DNA of 64,000 nucleotides from an uncultured Acidobacteriota bacterium (GTDB lineage Bacteria > Acidobacteriota > Vicinamibacteria > Fen-336), in contig OY970399.1 in NCBI GenBank assembly GCA_963720545.1, positions 2,438,908-2,502,907 of the forward strand. Reading direction: 5' to 3'. A program made the position numbers and the translations under genes. This document shows, piece after piece, positions 1-8,642 of this stretch. Below the pieces are notes generated by a model, which saw only the letters and a program-made list of their open reading frames with translations, did no database searches and was not told where the DNA came from. The first letter of the stretch is position 1. Each line of letters starts with the position of its first letter.

Positions 1-564
1 AGCCGCATCGCGGCGCGGAAGGCGCCGGCTGCGGCGAGCGGCCTGCCGTGGCGCGCGATCCTGGTGCCGGTCGCCGCCGCCGCCGTGCTCGCAGCCTGGC
101 TGGTGGTGCCGCCGCTCGTGCGGCGCGTGCAGCAGCCCGAGTTCGCGGCAACGCCGGCGCCGGCGGCGCAGCCCCGGCAGATCGTGCTCTCGGCAGATTC
201 CATGGAGCGGCTCGAGCGCAACCTCAGCCGCGAGCACGCGGCGCGGTACCTGAGCGAGGCCCAGGACCTGCTCGTGACCGTGGCCGAGACGCTGCCGCGC
301 TGCACGCGCAAGGGCCACGTGGACGTTGGCGACGAGGCGGCGCGCAGCCGCGCGCTGCTGCGCAGCCGCGCCTTCCTCGTCGACGACTCCGAGGCGCTCG
401 CGAGCGTGCGTCCGGTGCTCGACGACGTGGACAACTTGCTGCGCGAGGTGGCGGCGCTCGACCCGTGCGCGCGCCGCTCGCAGATCGAGTCGATCAGCGC
501 CGCGCTCACCAGCCGGCGGCTGCTGATGAAGATGGACCTCATGGCCCGCGAGCTCGACGGATGA
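1..564 (+). CDS. membrane-anchored hypothetical protein, C-terminal fragment (one TM helix then a helical domain; possibly anti-sigma-factor-like). The gene starts upstream of the window.
   Basis: Frame 1 is open from nt 1 to the stop at 562-564. It contains the hydrophobic helix ILVPVAAAAVLAAWLVVPPLV followed by a soluble domain. GC3 is high. Its stop overlaps the next start (ATGA). Confidence 0.5.
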   Translation, partial: SRIAARKAPAAASGLPWRAILVPVAAAAVLAAWLVVPPLVRRVQQPEFAATPAPAAQPRQIVLSADSMERLERNLSREHAARYLSEAQDLLVTVAETLPRCTRKGHVDVGDEAARSRALLRSRAFLVDDSEALASVRPVLDDVDNLLREVAALDPCARRSQIESISAALTSRRLLMKMDLMARELDG

Positions 565-1397
565 CGATGCAAGCCCTGCGCCGCGCGCTCGCGGCCTTCT
601 GCGTCGCAGCCTGCGTGGCAACCGTCTTGTCGCGCCCGGCCGTGGCCCAGGGTGGCGATGCCGCGACTGCCGCGAAGGCCCTGTACTTCGACCGCAAGTA
701 CGATGCCGCGCGCCAGGCATGGAGCGCGGTTGCCCGCGGCACCGGCAGCGAAGGCATCACCGCGCTCTACTGGGTCGCGCAGTGCAGCGAAAAGCTGGGT
801 GACGACGAGCGCGCGCTCGGCGAGTACCTCAAGTACATCCAGAAGCGGCCGGCAGGACAGCTCTCGGAAGACGCGCGCACCAGCCGGGTGCGCATCGCGA
901 CGCGGCTGGTGAAAGCCGGCAAGGAACAGCACATGGCGCTGCTCACCCAGGGCCTTGCCGATTCCAACCGCACGGTGCGCTACTACTCGGCGCTGCAGAT
1001 GTGCAGCCTCGGCGCGCCGAAAGGCAGCCCGGCAATCGGCGCGCTGCAGGCGCTGGTGCGCGACGAGCGCGATTCCGACCTCGTGGAGCGCGCCCAGCTG
1101 TGCCTGGTGAAGCTTGGTGCTGCGAGCCAGGCGCGCAGCAGCGCGCCGCAGGGCGAAGCCGGCCGCTGGTTCCGCGTCGAGGTGGTGCGCGCCGGCAAGA
1201 AGGAGGTTTCGGTGAGCATGCCGCTCGGGCTCGCCGACCTGGTGCTGAAGAGCCTGCCCGAGGACGCGCTCGTCGAACTGCGCAAGAAGGGATTCAACAC
1301 CGAGAACTTCATGGGCAATCTCAAGAACTATTCCGGCGGCCCGCTCGTCGACATCGTGGGCGATGACGGCGAACGGATTCGCATCTGGATCGAATAG
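561..1397 (+). CDS. secreted TPR/HEAT-repeat protein with a conserved C-terminal domain ending in RIWIE
   Basis: ATG at 561 overlaps the upstream stop. Signal peptide MTMQALRRALAAFCVAACVATVLSRPAVAQG. TPR-like and HEAT-like repeats (DSNRTVRYYSALQMCSLG...). The C-terminal roughly 80 aa are homologous to the next gene. Confidence 0.7.
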   Translation: MTMQALRRALAAFCVAACVATVLSRPAVAQGGDAATAAKALYFDRKYDAARQAWSAVARGTGSEGITALYWVAQCSEKLGDDERALGEYLKYIQKRPAGQLSEDARTSRVRIATRLVKAGKEQHMALLTQGLADSNRTVRYYSALQMCSLGAPKGSPAIGALQALVRDERDSDLVERAQLCLVKLGAASQARSSAPQGEAGRWFRVEVVRAGKKEVSVSMPLGLADLVLKSLPEDALVELRKKGFNTENFMGNLKNYSGGPLVDIVGDDGERIRIWIE

Positions 1398-1401
1398 GAG
1401 A

Positions 1402-1869
1402 ATGAAGATGATGAACGGCAAGAGTGGAATTTCATGGGCTATCGCCGCCACGCTGGCAATCGGCGTGGGCGCTGCGATCGCGTTCGCGGCCGACGACGAT
1501 CTCGACGTGGTGAAGAAGGCGGTCGCGTCCAACGCGGCGCAGGCGAGCGCGGCACCGTCGCAGTCCGCGGCGCCCGCAGCGCGCCCCGCCGCCAAGGCCA
1601 GGTCCGAGGCACAGTGGTTCAAGGTGCGCGTCAGCGAGCGCGAGAACAACCGGAAGGTGACGATCAACCTGCCGCTCAGCCTGGTGCGCGCGCTCGGCGA
1701 CGAGCTGCCGATCGATATCGGTTGCGACCACGACCGCGACCATGACCGCGGGCGCCGCCTGCTGCCATGCGGCATCAGCCTCGCGAAGGTGCTCGCCGAA
1801 CTCGATGCCGGGCAGAGCCTCGTCGAAATCGACAGCGACGAAGAGACCGTCCGCGTCTGGATCGAGTAA
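1402..1869 (+). CDS. secreted hypothetical protein; its C-terminal domain is paralogous to the previous gene and ends in VRVWIE
   Basis: AGGAG RBS at about 1396-1400 and ATG at 1402. Signal peptide, then an Ala/Ser/Gln-rich linker. The C-terminus WFKVRVSE...VTINLPLSLVRAL...VRVWIE aligns with WFRVEVVR...VSVSMPLGLADLV...IRIWIE of the previous gene. Confidence 0.7.
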   Translation: MKMMNGKSGISWAIAATLAIGVGAAIAFAADDDLDVVKKAVASNAAQASAAPSQSAAPAARPAAKARSEAQWFKVRVSERENNRKVTINLPLSLVRALGDELPIDIGCDHDRDHDRGRRLLPCGISLAKVLAELDAGQSLVEIDSDEETVRVWIE

Positions 1870-1998
1870 GGGGCGCCAGGCAGCCGTTGTCCTGAACGGG
1901 CGACGGTGCCGGGGCCGCACCATCCTCGTAAGTCATTGATCCATAAGGCGGCGATCTGGAACGCCGCTTGCACATAACCAGGGCAGGAGGACTCTCCC

Positions 1999-2391
1999 GT
2001 GATGCTTCGAAAAGCAGCCCTTGTTCTTGCAGCGGCGGCCGCGCTCACTCTCCCCATCGCTGCCGAGGCCGGTGACCGCTATTCGCGCGGTCGCGGCCAC
2101 GGCGACCGGGGCTACTCGCGCGGTTACCACTCGAGCTACAACTACCGCTACCGCGCCCCCGCCTACCGCAGCTATGCGCCACGCTATTACCCGCGCTACT
2201 ACCCGCGTTACTACGCGCCGGCCCGGGCGTACTACGCGCCGCCGCCGGTTTACTACGGGGGCTATTACGACAGCGGCTACTACGACAGCGGCTACTACCC
2301 CGGCTATTACCGCGAGCCGGCCGTAGCCCTTCACTATCACTCGGGCCGGGCGTGCAGCCGGTTCCACGTGGGCCTCAACTTCCGCTTCTGA
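1999..2391 (+). CDS. secreted Tyr/Arg-rich low-complexity tandem-repeat protein
   Basis: GAGGA RBS and a signal peptide MMLRKAALVLAAAAALTLPIAAEA. Mature region has YYPRYYPRYY and GYYDSGYYDSGYY repeats. Underlying 12-15 nt DNA direct repeats fall at roughly 2170-2300. Confidence 0.55.
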   Translation: MMLRKAALVLAAAAALTLPIAAEAGDRYSRGRGHGDRGYSRGYHSSYNYRYRAPAYRSYAPRYYPRYYPRYYAPARAYYAPPPVYYGGYYDSGYYDSGYYPGYYREPAVALHYHSGRACSRFHVGLNFRF

Positions 2392-2421
2392 CGCGCTCCG
2401 CGGCTGCGCGCGCCGCCTGTG

Positions 2422-3354
2422 TCAGGCGCGCGCGGCGAAGTAGCCGAGCTTGTGGCGGACCACCAGGTCCTCGCGGCTCGCCACGCGCAGCACGATCCGT
2501 CGCCAGCGCCCGTCCTTGCGGGCGTTGGATGAGACATAGCCGACGCTGTACTGGGTGCGCAGTTCCTCGGCGATGCGGTCGTAGACGGCATCGAGTTCCG
2601 AGATCGAGCCGGGGAAGTGAACCTGGCCGCCGGTGTCGCGCGACAGCGCCGTCAGCAGGTAGGCGGCTTGCGAAAAGTTGGCCGACTCGCGCTGCTGCCG
2701 CTGACGGATGCTGATCGCGTAGATCGCGATTTCGGTGCGCCGCGCCAGTTCCAGCACCTGGTCGTCGGTGACGATCGAGCAGGTGTCCTCGCCGTCCGAG
2801 AGCAGCACGATGGCGCGCCGCCGCAGCTCGCCCGCCTTCTTCTGCTTCGACAACTCCTTGAGCGCGACGTAGAGGGCGTTGTGCAGCGCCGTCGCGCCCG
2901 CGGCGAGCGTGCGCTTCACCGCGGACTCGAGCTGCTCCTGGTTCTCGGTGAAGTCCTGCAGGATCACCGGCCGGTCGTTGAACTGGATGATCTGCGCGAG
3001 GTCCTGCTGGCGCAGCGTCTTGACGAAACGGATGGCGGCCGACTGCGCCTGCTTCAGCTTGTCGTCCATCGACGCCGAGGTGTCGATGAGCAGCGACAAC
3101 GAAATCGGCAGGTTTTCGTGGGTGAACAGCGAAATCGACTGGCGGATGCCGTCCTCGTACGCGACGAAGTCGTCCTGGACGAGGTCGGTGACGAAGCGGC
3201 CGCGGCCGTCGGTCACCGAGACGGTCAGGTTGATGAGGTCGATGCCGGTCTCGAACGTCGGCGTCTGCGCCTGGCCAGCGGCGAACAGCGGCCGCGCGAA
3301 CGGCGCGGCGAGCGCCGCGGCCAGGAACGAGCGGCGGCGCAGCGAAGGTTTCAG
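2422..3354 (-). CDS. VWA (von Willebrand factor type A) domain secreted protein; start codon uncertain
   Basis: VWA domain with MIDAS-like motif LLIDTSASM. N-terminus reads LRRRSFLAAALAAPFARPLFAAG (Tat/Sec-like). No ATG, GTG or TTG lies in frame near the N-terminus. The only candidate is CTG at 3354-3352, which overlaps the upstream stop. Confidence 0.7.
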   Translation of the reverse strand: MKPSLRRRSFLAAALAAPFARPLFAAGQAQTPTFETGIDLINLTVSVTDGRGRFVTDLVQDDFVAYEDGIRQSISLFTHENLPISLSLLIDTSASMDDKLKQAQSAAIRFVKTLRQQDLAQIIQFNDRPVILQDFTENQEQLESAVKRTLAAGATALHNALYVALKELSKQKKAGELRRRAIVLLSDGEDTCSIVTDDQVLELARRTEIAIYAISIRQRQQRESANFSQAAYLLTALSRDTGGQVHFPGSISELDAVYDRIAEELRTQYSVGYVSSNARKDGRWRRIVLRVASREDLVVRHKLGYFAARA

Positions 3355-4226
3355 CGCACCGCTCCCAGCACCCGCGCCCGCGCGCCAGGCTGCGCGATCG
3401 TCACCAGCAGCTTGCGCTTCTCGGCATCGCCGGATTCGCTGTAGGTGAGCCGGTAGTGGGCGTTCAGGTCCGCCGCCACCTTGTTGAGGTTGAACTCCAT
3501 GCCCATCGCCGTCATCAGCCGCAGCTGCATGCCGCCGCTCTTGTCGGTGAGGTTCGCGAGCGCGTACTGCAGGTTGAAGGGCACGTCGCCGCCCTCGTTG
3601 ATCTCGAGCACGTAGAAGATGTCGGCTTTGCCCAGCGACTCGTCGACCGCCTGCTCCTTGGTGCGGCTCGAGAAGTCGATGCCGGAGCCGGTGATCACCA
3701 CCACCGCGGTGCGCGCCGCTTCCTTCTTCGCGAGCTCCTTCGTCACCTCGACGATCCCGTCGAGGAGCGTGTTGCCGCCCTGCGGGTAAACGCGCCGCAA
3801 CGCGGCGGTCGCCGCCGCGGGGTCGTCGCTCCATTCCACGCGCCGCGTCGGCCGGTCGCCGGTGGTCCACAGCATGTAGCGCGAGCCTTCCGGCAGCGAG
3901 CGCAGGAACGGCGCTATCGCCGGCACGATGTTGAGCCGGTATGCGCTGCTCAGAGCCTCGCTGCTGTCGATGATGAGCGCCAGCGACAGCGGCCGGGTGT
4001 CGATCGCGAGGTCCACCACTTCGCGGGCGATGCCGTTCTCCTCGACCGCGAGGTCGGTGGTCGACACCGACTTCACCGCGGCGCCGTCCTTGTCGGTGAG
4101 CGCCACCGACACCACCCGGTCCGAGGCGGCGGCCGCGGCGGCCGCCGACGCGAAGAGGGTCATTCCGAGCGCGCCGTTTCGCCCAAGCGCCAGTATCATC
4201 CTTTTAATGGCCATGCCAATGCTCAT
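3351..4226 (-). CDS. VWA domain secreted protein (paralog of the downstream gene)
   Basis: VWA fold with MIDAS-like motif LIIDSSEAL. N-terminal hydrophobic signal. Sits in tandem with the second VWA gene. Confidence 0.75.
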   Translation of the reverse strand: MSIGMAIKRMILALGRNGALGMTLFASAAAAAAASDRVVSVALTDKDGAAVKSVSTTDLAVEENGIAREVVDLAIDTRPLSLALIIDSSEALSSAYRLNIVPAIAPFLRSLPEGSRYMLWTTGDRPTRRVEWSDDPAAATAALRRVYPQGGNTLLDGIVEVTKELAKKEAARTAVVVITGSGIDFSSRTKEQAVDESLGKADIFYVLEINEGGDVPFNLQYALANLTDKSGGMQLRLMTAMGMEFNLNKVAADLNAHYRLTYSESGDAEKRKLLVTIAQPGARARVLGAVR

Positions 4227-4274
4227 GTTGAGACGGGTGAGGATCGTCCGTCAAACTGCCGGAAGTAAAGAAGC

Positions 4275-4775
4275 GTGAAGCGCGCCATCGTCATCACCGT
4301 GAGCGACTCGGTGCGTGCCGGCCGGCGCACCGACCTTTCGGGCGCCGCGGCACGCCGCTTCCTGGAGCAGGCGGGCCTCGCGGTGGGCGAGCCGGTGGTG
4401 GTCGCCGACGACCGTTCCGACGTCGCGGCAGCCATCCTCGCGGCGGCGGCCGCCGCCGAGCTGGTGGTGACGACCGGCGGCACCGGGCTGTCGCCGCGCG
4501 ACCTGACGCCCGAAGCGACCTTCGACGTGATCGACCGGGAAGTCCCCGGCCTCGCCGAACAGATGCGCGCCAGCGGGCTCACCAGGACCCCGTTCGCCTC
4601 GTTGTCGCGGGGTGTCTGCGGCCTCATCGGCGCCACCCTCGTCATCAACCTGCCGGGCAGCCCTGCAGGCGTTGCGAGCGGGCTGGAGGCGATCCGCAGC
4701 GTCCTGCGCCACGCCCTCGAGATCGCCGCGGGCAACACCGCGCACAGCGATGTTCCGGACCCGCCGCAGGGGTGA
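4275..4775 (+). CDS. mogA: molybdenum cofactor biosynthesis protein MogA/MoaB family
   Basis: GTG start. Carries the MogA/MoaB motifs VVTTGGTGLSPRD and INLPGSP. Confidence 0.8.
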   Translation: MKRAIVITVSDSVRAGRRTDLSGAAARRFLEQAGLAVGEPVVVADDRSDVAAAILAAAAAAELVVTTGGTGLSPRDLTPEATFDVIDREVPGLAEQMRASGLTRTPFASLSRGVCGLIGATLVINLPGSPAGVASGLEAIRSVLRHALEIAAGNTAHSDVPDPPQG

Positions 4776-4806
4776 GCCCGTGCGCTAGAGTGCCTGCGAG
4801 TACGCG

Positions 4807-5940
4807 ATGAGCGATCCAGGCGTCCTGCCGCAGCCGCTGCCGCCCGTGCCGCCAACGCGGCGCCGCGACACCATTGCGCTGGTGGTGGCGATGGCGGTCA
4901 TCCTGCTGCTCTCGTACCTCGTGTTCCGGTCGTTCCTCATCGACATCGCCGTCGCGGGATCGGTGGCGGTGCTGCTCAACCCGCTGCACGTCCGCCTCAC
5001 GCGGCTGCTGCGCCGCCAGGCGTGGGCTTCGGCGCTGCTGTTGTCATTTGCCTGCGTCGCCGCGCTACTGCTGCCGGTGTTGACCGCGGTGACGGTGATG
5101 GGCCGCCAGGCGGTGGGCTTCGTCGAATGGTCAGCGCCCAAGCTGCAGCCCGACGAGCTGCGCGCGCTCATCCAGGAGCGCTTGCCGGAACGCTACCCGT
5201 CGCTGCGGCGCATCGACTCGAACACCGTGAGCCAGGTGGTCTCGGGCGCGCTGTCGCGGCTCGTCAGCGGGCTCAACCAGTTGGTGCAGGGCATCGTCGG
5301 CCGGCTGACCTCGGCGCTCCTCGATTTCCTGCTGTTCGCGATGCTCGTGTTCTTCTTCCTGCGCGACGGGCCGCCCATCCGCCAGGTCATCCGCGCCATC
5401 TCGCCGCTCTCCGAGCAGCAGGAACACGACATCTTCGAGCACCTCGGGCGCACCGTGAAAGGCGTGGTGCAGGCCATGGTGCTGGTGCCGCTCGCCCAGG
5501 GCATCGTCGCCTGGCCGGCGTTTGCCATGCTGGGTGTGCCGTCGCCGCTCCTCTGGTCGTTCGGCGTGGTGCTCGCGGCGTTCGTCCCCATCCTCGGCAG
5601 CCCGCTCGGCTGGGTGCCGGCGGTCGTCTACCTGTTCCTGAACGGCGCCACCAGCAGCGCCACCATCCTGCTCGTGTACGGGGTCGTCGTCATCAGCGGC
5701 ATCGACAACGTGGTGAAGCCGATGGTGCTGCGCGGCGCGGCGCAGATCCATCCGCTGCTGGCGTTCCTCGCGACGATCGGCGGCTTGTTGTCGTTCGGCG
5801 CGGCCGGCTTCCTCGTGGGGCCGGTGGTGCTGTCGCTGCTGCTCTCGGCGCTCAGGATCTACACGGAGTTCATCAACCCCCGCCGCGTGGTCGCCGTCGG
5901 CGCACCAGCGCCCGGACCGATCGAAGTCGCCACCGAGTAG
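4807..5940 (+). CDS. AI-2E family transporter (PerM/UPF0118)
   Basis: Eight predicted TM helices and the typical AI-2E C-terminal core (GIDNVVKPMVL). Confidence 0.85.
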   Translation: MSDPGVLPQPLPPVPPTRRRDTIALVVAMAVILLLSYLVFRSFLIDIAVAGSVAVLLNPLHVRLTRLLRRQAWASALLLSFACVAALLLPVLTAVTVMGRQAVGFVEWSAPKLQPDELRALIQERLPERYPSLRRIDSNTVSQVVSGALSRLVSGLNQLVQGIVGRLTSALLDFLLFAMLVFFFLRDGPPIRQVIRAISPLSEQQEHDIFEHLGRTVKGVVQAMVLVPLAQGIVAWPAFAMLGVPSPLLWSFGVVLAAFVPILGSPLGWVPAVVYLFLNGATSSATILLVYGVVVISGIDNVVKPMVLRGAAQIHPLLAFLATIGGLLSFGAAGFLVGPVVLSLLLSALRIYTEFINPRRVVAVGAPAPGPIEVATE

Positions 5941-5942
5941 CA

Positions 5943-6206
5943 ATGAAAGCCCGAGACCTGCTGACCGACGAGCTCGCGCGCGCCCGCGCCTTCAGGGACG
6001 CAACCCCCTACGCGCAGATCGCCGCGAGTTTCCTCATCAGCCTGCTGCTCTTCCTCAGCGGCGGACCGTGGCTCGATCACAAACTCGGCAGCGAGCCGGT
6101 GCTCTTCTGGACCGGCATCGTCGCTACGCTCTTCTCGTTCGGATTCCATCTCTGGCGGGTGTACCTGCAGGTCATCCAGCCGAAGCGGCGCAAGCGCCGC
6201 CACTAG
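5943..6206 (+). CDS. AtpZ/AtpI-like small membrane protein (ATP-synthase-associated)
   Basis: Two TM helices with the motif GGPWLDHKLGSEP...Y, which is typical of AtpZ. Located immediately upstream of the F0 genes. Confidence 0.5.
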   Translation: MKARDLLTDELARARAFRDATPYAQIAASFLISLLLFLSGGPWLDHKLGSEPVLFWTGIVATLFSFGFHLWRVYLQVIQPKRRKRRH

Positions 6207-6319
6207 TCGCTTGCGCAGTCGCCGGTCGTCATGGGGCTGTGGTAGTCTGCGCCTCGCTGTCGGACGCCCCGGACTGGCGTGCGAGGCTTCAAGGCAAGTT
6301 GCAACCAGATCGAGGCAAG

Positions 6320-6526
6320 ATGCGCGGCGTCAGCGACATAGCGCCTTATCTGTGGATCGGAAGCAGCTTGGCGGGAAGTGTCCTCGCGTGTGTGGCCGGC
6401 GGGTATGGCCTCGACCGGTTGCTGGGTACGGATCCCGCGTTCTTGCTCGCGGGTTCGGCTCTGGGGCTGGTGGCGGTTTTCTACCATCTCCGACGCATCT
6501 ACTTTGAGATGAGCCGCCGAACTTGA
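6320..6526 (+). CDS. atpZ: AtpZ/ATP synthase protein I family small membrane protein
   Basis: Motif GSSLAGSVLACVAGGYGLDRLLGTDPAFLLAGSALGLVAVFYHL matches the AtpZ consensus. Overlaps the atpB ORF start by 4 nt. Confidence 0.55.
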   Translation: MRGVSDIAPYLWIGSSLAGSVLACVAGGYGLDRLLGTDPAFLLAGSALGLVAVFYHLRRIYFEMSRRT

Positions 6527-7761
6527 AACCGGAACGCTACATGTTTGCCGTGGTCGCCGTGGTCGCTGCCGTGATGATCGCCGCCGCCTGCGGCGCGCCC
6601 TCCGCGGCCGACCGCACCGCCGTCATGGCTGCGGCCGCGCTCTGCGGGTTCAACACACTCGTGGCGCATGGACTCACGGCCTGGGGAGCGCGCCGCTCCA
6701 ACAAGACGTTCTTCACCGCAGTGCTGGTCGGCACGCTCCTGCGCCTCGCGCTTGTGCTCGGGTTCGTGTACCTGGCGCTCGGCGTCTTCAACCTGCCGCG
6801 CACACCGTTCGTCGCCACGCTGCTTGGACTCTTCACCTTGTTCATGGTGGCGGAGCTGAAGGTGCAGGCAAACGCGCTGAAGCGCGCGGCCGCAGCCATC
6901 TTTTTCACGGGCGCGCTCGCGAGCACGCAGGCCTTCGCCCAGGAACCGGCCGCCGCACCGCACCAGGAAGCGGCGCCACACCAGGAAGCTGCCGAGCATG
7001 GTGGCGGCCACGACGATCCGGCCGCGATCCTCATGCACCACGTGACCGACCAGCCGATCTTCGGCTTCCGCTCCAAGCACCTGCTGTTCTTTGCCCTGGT
7101 CGCCGGTCTGGTGCTGATCGCGGCGCGCGTGGCGGTCTCGAACTACGACCACAAGAAGGTGCCCAAGGGTCCCGCGGCGCTAGTCGAGACCATCGTGTTG
7201 TTCATCCGCGACGAGATCGCCGAACGCAACATCGGCCACGGCGAGGGGACGCGCTGGACCCCCCTGCTCGCGAGCTTCTTCTTCTTTATTCTGACCGCCG
7301 CGTTCGTCGGCCTGCTGCCGTTTTCGGCGACCTCCACCGGCAACATCGCGGTCACGGCCGCGCTCGCCACGGTCTCGCTGCTCGCCCAGCAGTGGGGCGG
7401 CATCGCCAAGCACGGCGTCTTCGGCCATTTCAAGAACCTCATCCCACACGGCATGCCCTGGCCGATCACGATCATCATGGTGCCAATCGAGATCATCGGC
7501 GTGTTCACCAAGCCATTTGCGCTGATGATCCGGTTGTTCGCCAACATGATCGCCGGTCACATGGTGATCACCGCGCTGCTGCTGCTGATTCCGCTGATGG
7601 CGCGCATCAGCCTGGCGATGGGCCTGGTGACCTCGCCGGTCAGCATCGGCATCGCGCTCTTCATTATGGTGCTCGAGGTTCTTGTGGCGTTCATCCAGGC
7701 TTATATTTTCACCCTGCTCACGGCGATCTTCATCGGGATGTACGTTCATCCCTCACACTAG
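6523..7761 (+). CDS. atpB: F0F1 ATP synthase subunit a with a roughly 113-aa hydrophobic N-terminal extension (AtpI-like); alternative start at GTG 6862
   Basis: The C-terminal 290 aa match subunit a (RLFANMIAGHM, IFTLLTAIFIG). No stop separates the AtpI-like N-terminal region. An in-frame GTG at 6862 preceded by GGAG would give a signal-peptide-like start MQANALKRAAAAIFFTGALASTQAFA. A duplicated AAPHQEA motif follows. Confidence 0.85.
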   Translation: MKPERYMFAVVAVVAAVMIAAACGAPSAADRTAVMAAAALCGFNTLVAHGLTAWGARRSNKTFFTAVLVGTLLRLALVLGFVYLALGVFNLPRTPFVATLLGLFTLFMVAELKVQANALKRAAAAIFFTGALASTQAFAQEPAAAPHQEAAPHQEAAEHGGGHDDPAAILMHHVTDQPIFGFRSKHLLFFALVAGLVLIAARVAVSNYDHKKVPKGPAALVETIVLFIRDEIAERNIGHGEGTRWTPLLASFFFFILTAAFVGLLPFSATSTGNIAVTAALATVSLLAQQWGGIAKHGVFGHFKNLIPHGMPWPITIIMVPIEIIGVFTKPFALMIRLFANMIAGHMVITALLLLIPLMARISLAMGLVTSPVSIGIALFIMVLEVLVAFIQAYIFTLLTAIFIGMYVHPSH

Positions 7762-7788
7762 GCGCGATTTCAAGGAGGACTGAAGTTC

Positions 7789-8016
7789 ATGGATCCCAAA
7801 GGTCTTGCGTATCTCTCGGCGGGTATCGGCGCCGGTCTCGCGATCATAGGCGGCGGTCTCGGTATCGGCCGGCTGGCCGCGTCGGCCATGGAAGGAATCG
7901 CGCGCCAACCCGGCGCCACCGGCGACATTCGAGGCGCGATGATCGTTGCCGCCGGCCTCATCGAAGGCGTGACCTTCCTCGCTCTCATCGTTTCGATCCT
8001 GCTTGCGACCAAGTAG
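7789..8016 (+). CDS. atpE: F0F1 ATP synthase subunit c
   Basis: 75-aa hairpin protein with the conserved carboxylate in LIEGVTFLALIV. Confidence 0.9.
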   Translation: MDPKGLAYLSAGIGAGLAIIGGGLGIGRLAASAMEGIARQPGATGDIRGAMIVAAGLIEGVTFLALIVSILLATK

Positions 8017-8025
8017 GACCGCGCC

Positions 8026-8571
8026 ATGATGTCGGTGGTGTGGACCTTAGCCGCCGCGGCGGCGGAAGGCGGCGGCCAGGGTGGGTTGATGGACTTCAAC
8101 GTCACCCTGTTCTGGGCGACCCTCGTGCTATTCGCGCTGTTCGCGTTCATCCTCGGCAAGTTCGGGTGGAAGCCCCTGCTGGCCATGGTCGAGGAACGCG
8201 AGGGCTTCGTGCGCAATGCGGTCGACAGCGCGGAGAAGGCGAATGCCGAGGCGCATTCCCTGCTCGAGAAGCACAAGGAGATGCTGCGCCAGGCCGGCCG
8301 CGAGCGCGAGGAGATCCTGAAGCGCACGCTGCAGGACGCCGAGGCGCTCAAGGCCGACCTCGCCGCCAAGGCGCGCGCCGAAAGCGAGAGCATCGTCGCT
8401 CGCGCCCGCGAGCAGGTCGAGCGCGAGAAGAACCTCGCCATCCAGGAACTGCGCGGCCAGGTCGCCGACCTCGCCGTCGAAGCCGCGTCGCGGATCGTCA
8501 AGTCCTCGATGACCCCCGACGCCCAGCGCCAGCTGGTCTCGGACTTTGTCACCAACCTTCCAAAAAGCTAA
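8026..8571 (+). CDS. atpF: F0F1 ATP synthase subunit b
   Basis: N-terminal TM helix then a long charged coiled coil. Sits immediately after atpE. Confidence 0.85.
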   Translation: MMSVVWTLAAAAAEGGGQGGLMDFNVTLFWATLVLFALFAFILGKFGWKPLLAMVEEREGFVRNAVDSAEKANAEAHSLLEKHKEMLRQAGREREEILKRTLQDAEALKADLAAKARAESESIVARAREQVEREKNLAIQELRGQVADLAVEAASRIVKSSMTPDAQRQLVSDFVTNLPKS

Positions 8572-8642
8572 CGGATAGGAAGGGCAGCATCTTTTAGGCG
8601 GCGCTCACGCGCCGCGCTTCCGGGGAGAAGGAAAAGAACGGC

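Noticed and set aside
1870-1998. Intrinsic terminator after the second secreted-domain gene
   Set aside because: Only a 6-bp GC stem (GCGGCG...CGCCGC) with an 8-nt loop and two trailing T; too weak to call.
6523-6861. A separate atpI gene upstream of atpB
   Set aside because: The AtpI-like hydrophobic region is in frame with subunit a with no intervening stop codon. I therefore annotated a single ORF with an alternative internal GTG start rather than two genes.
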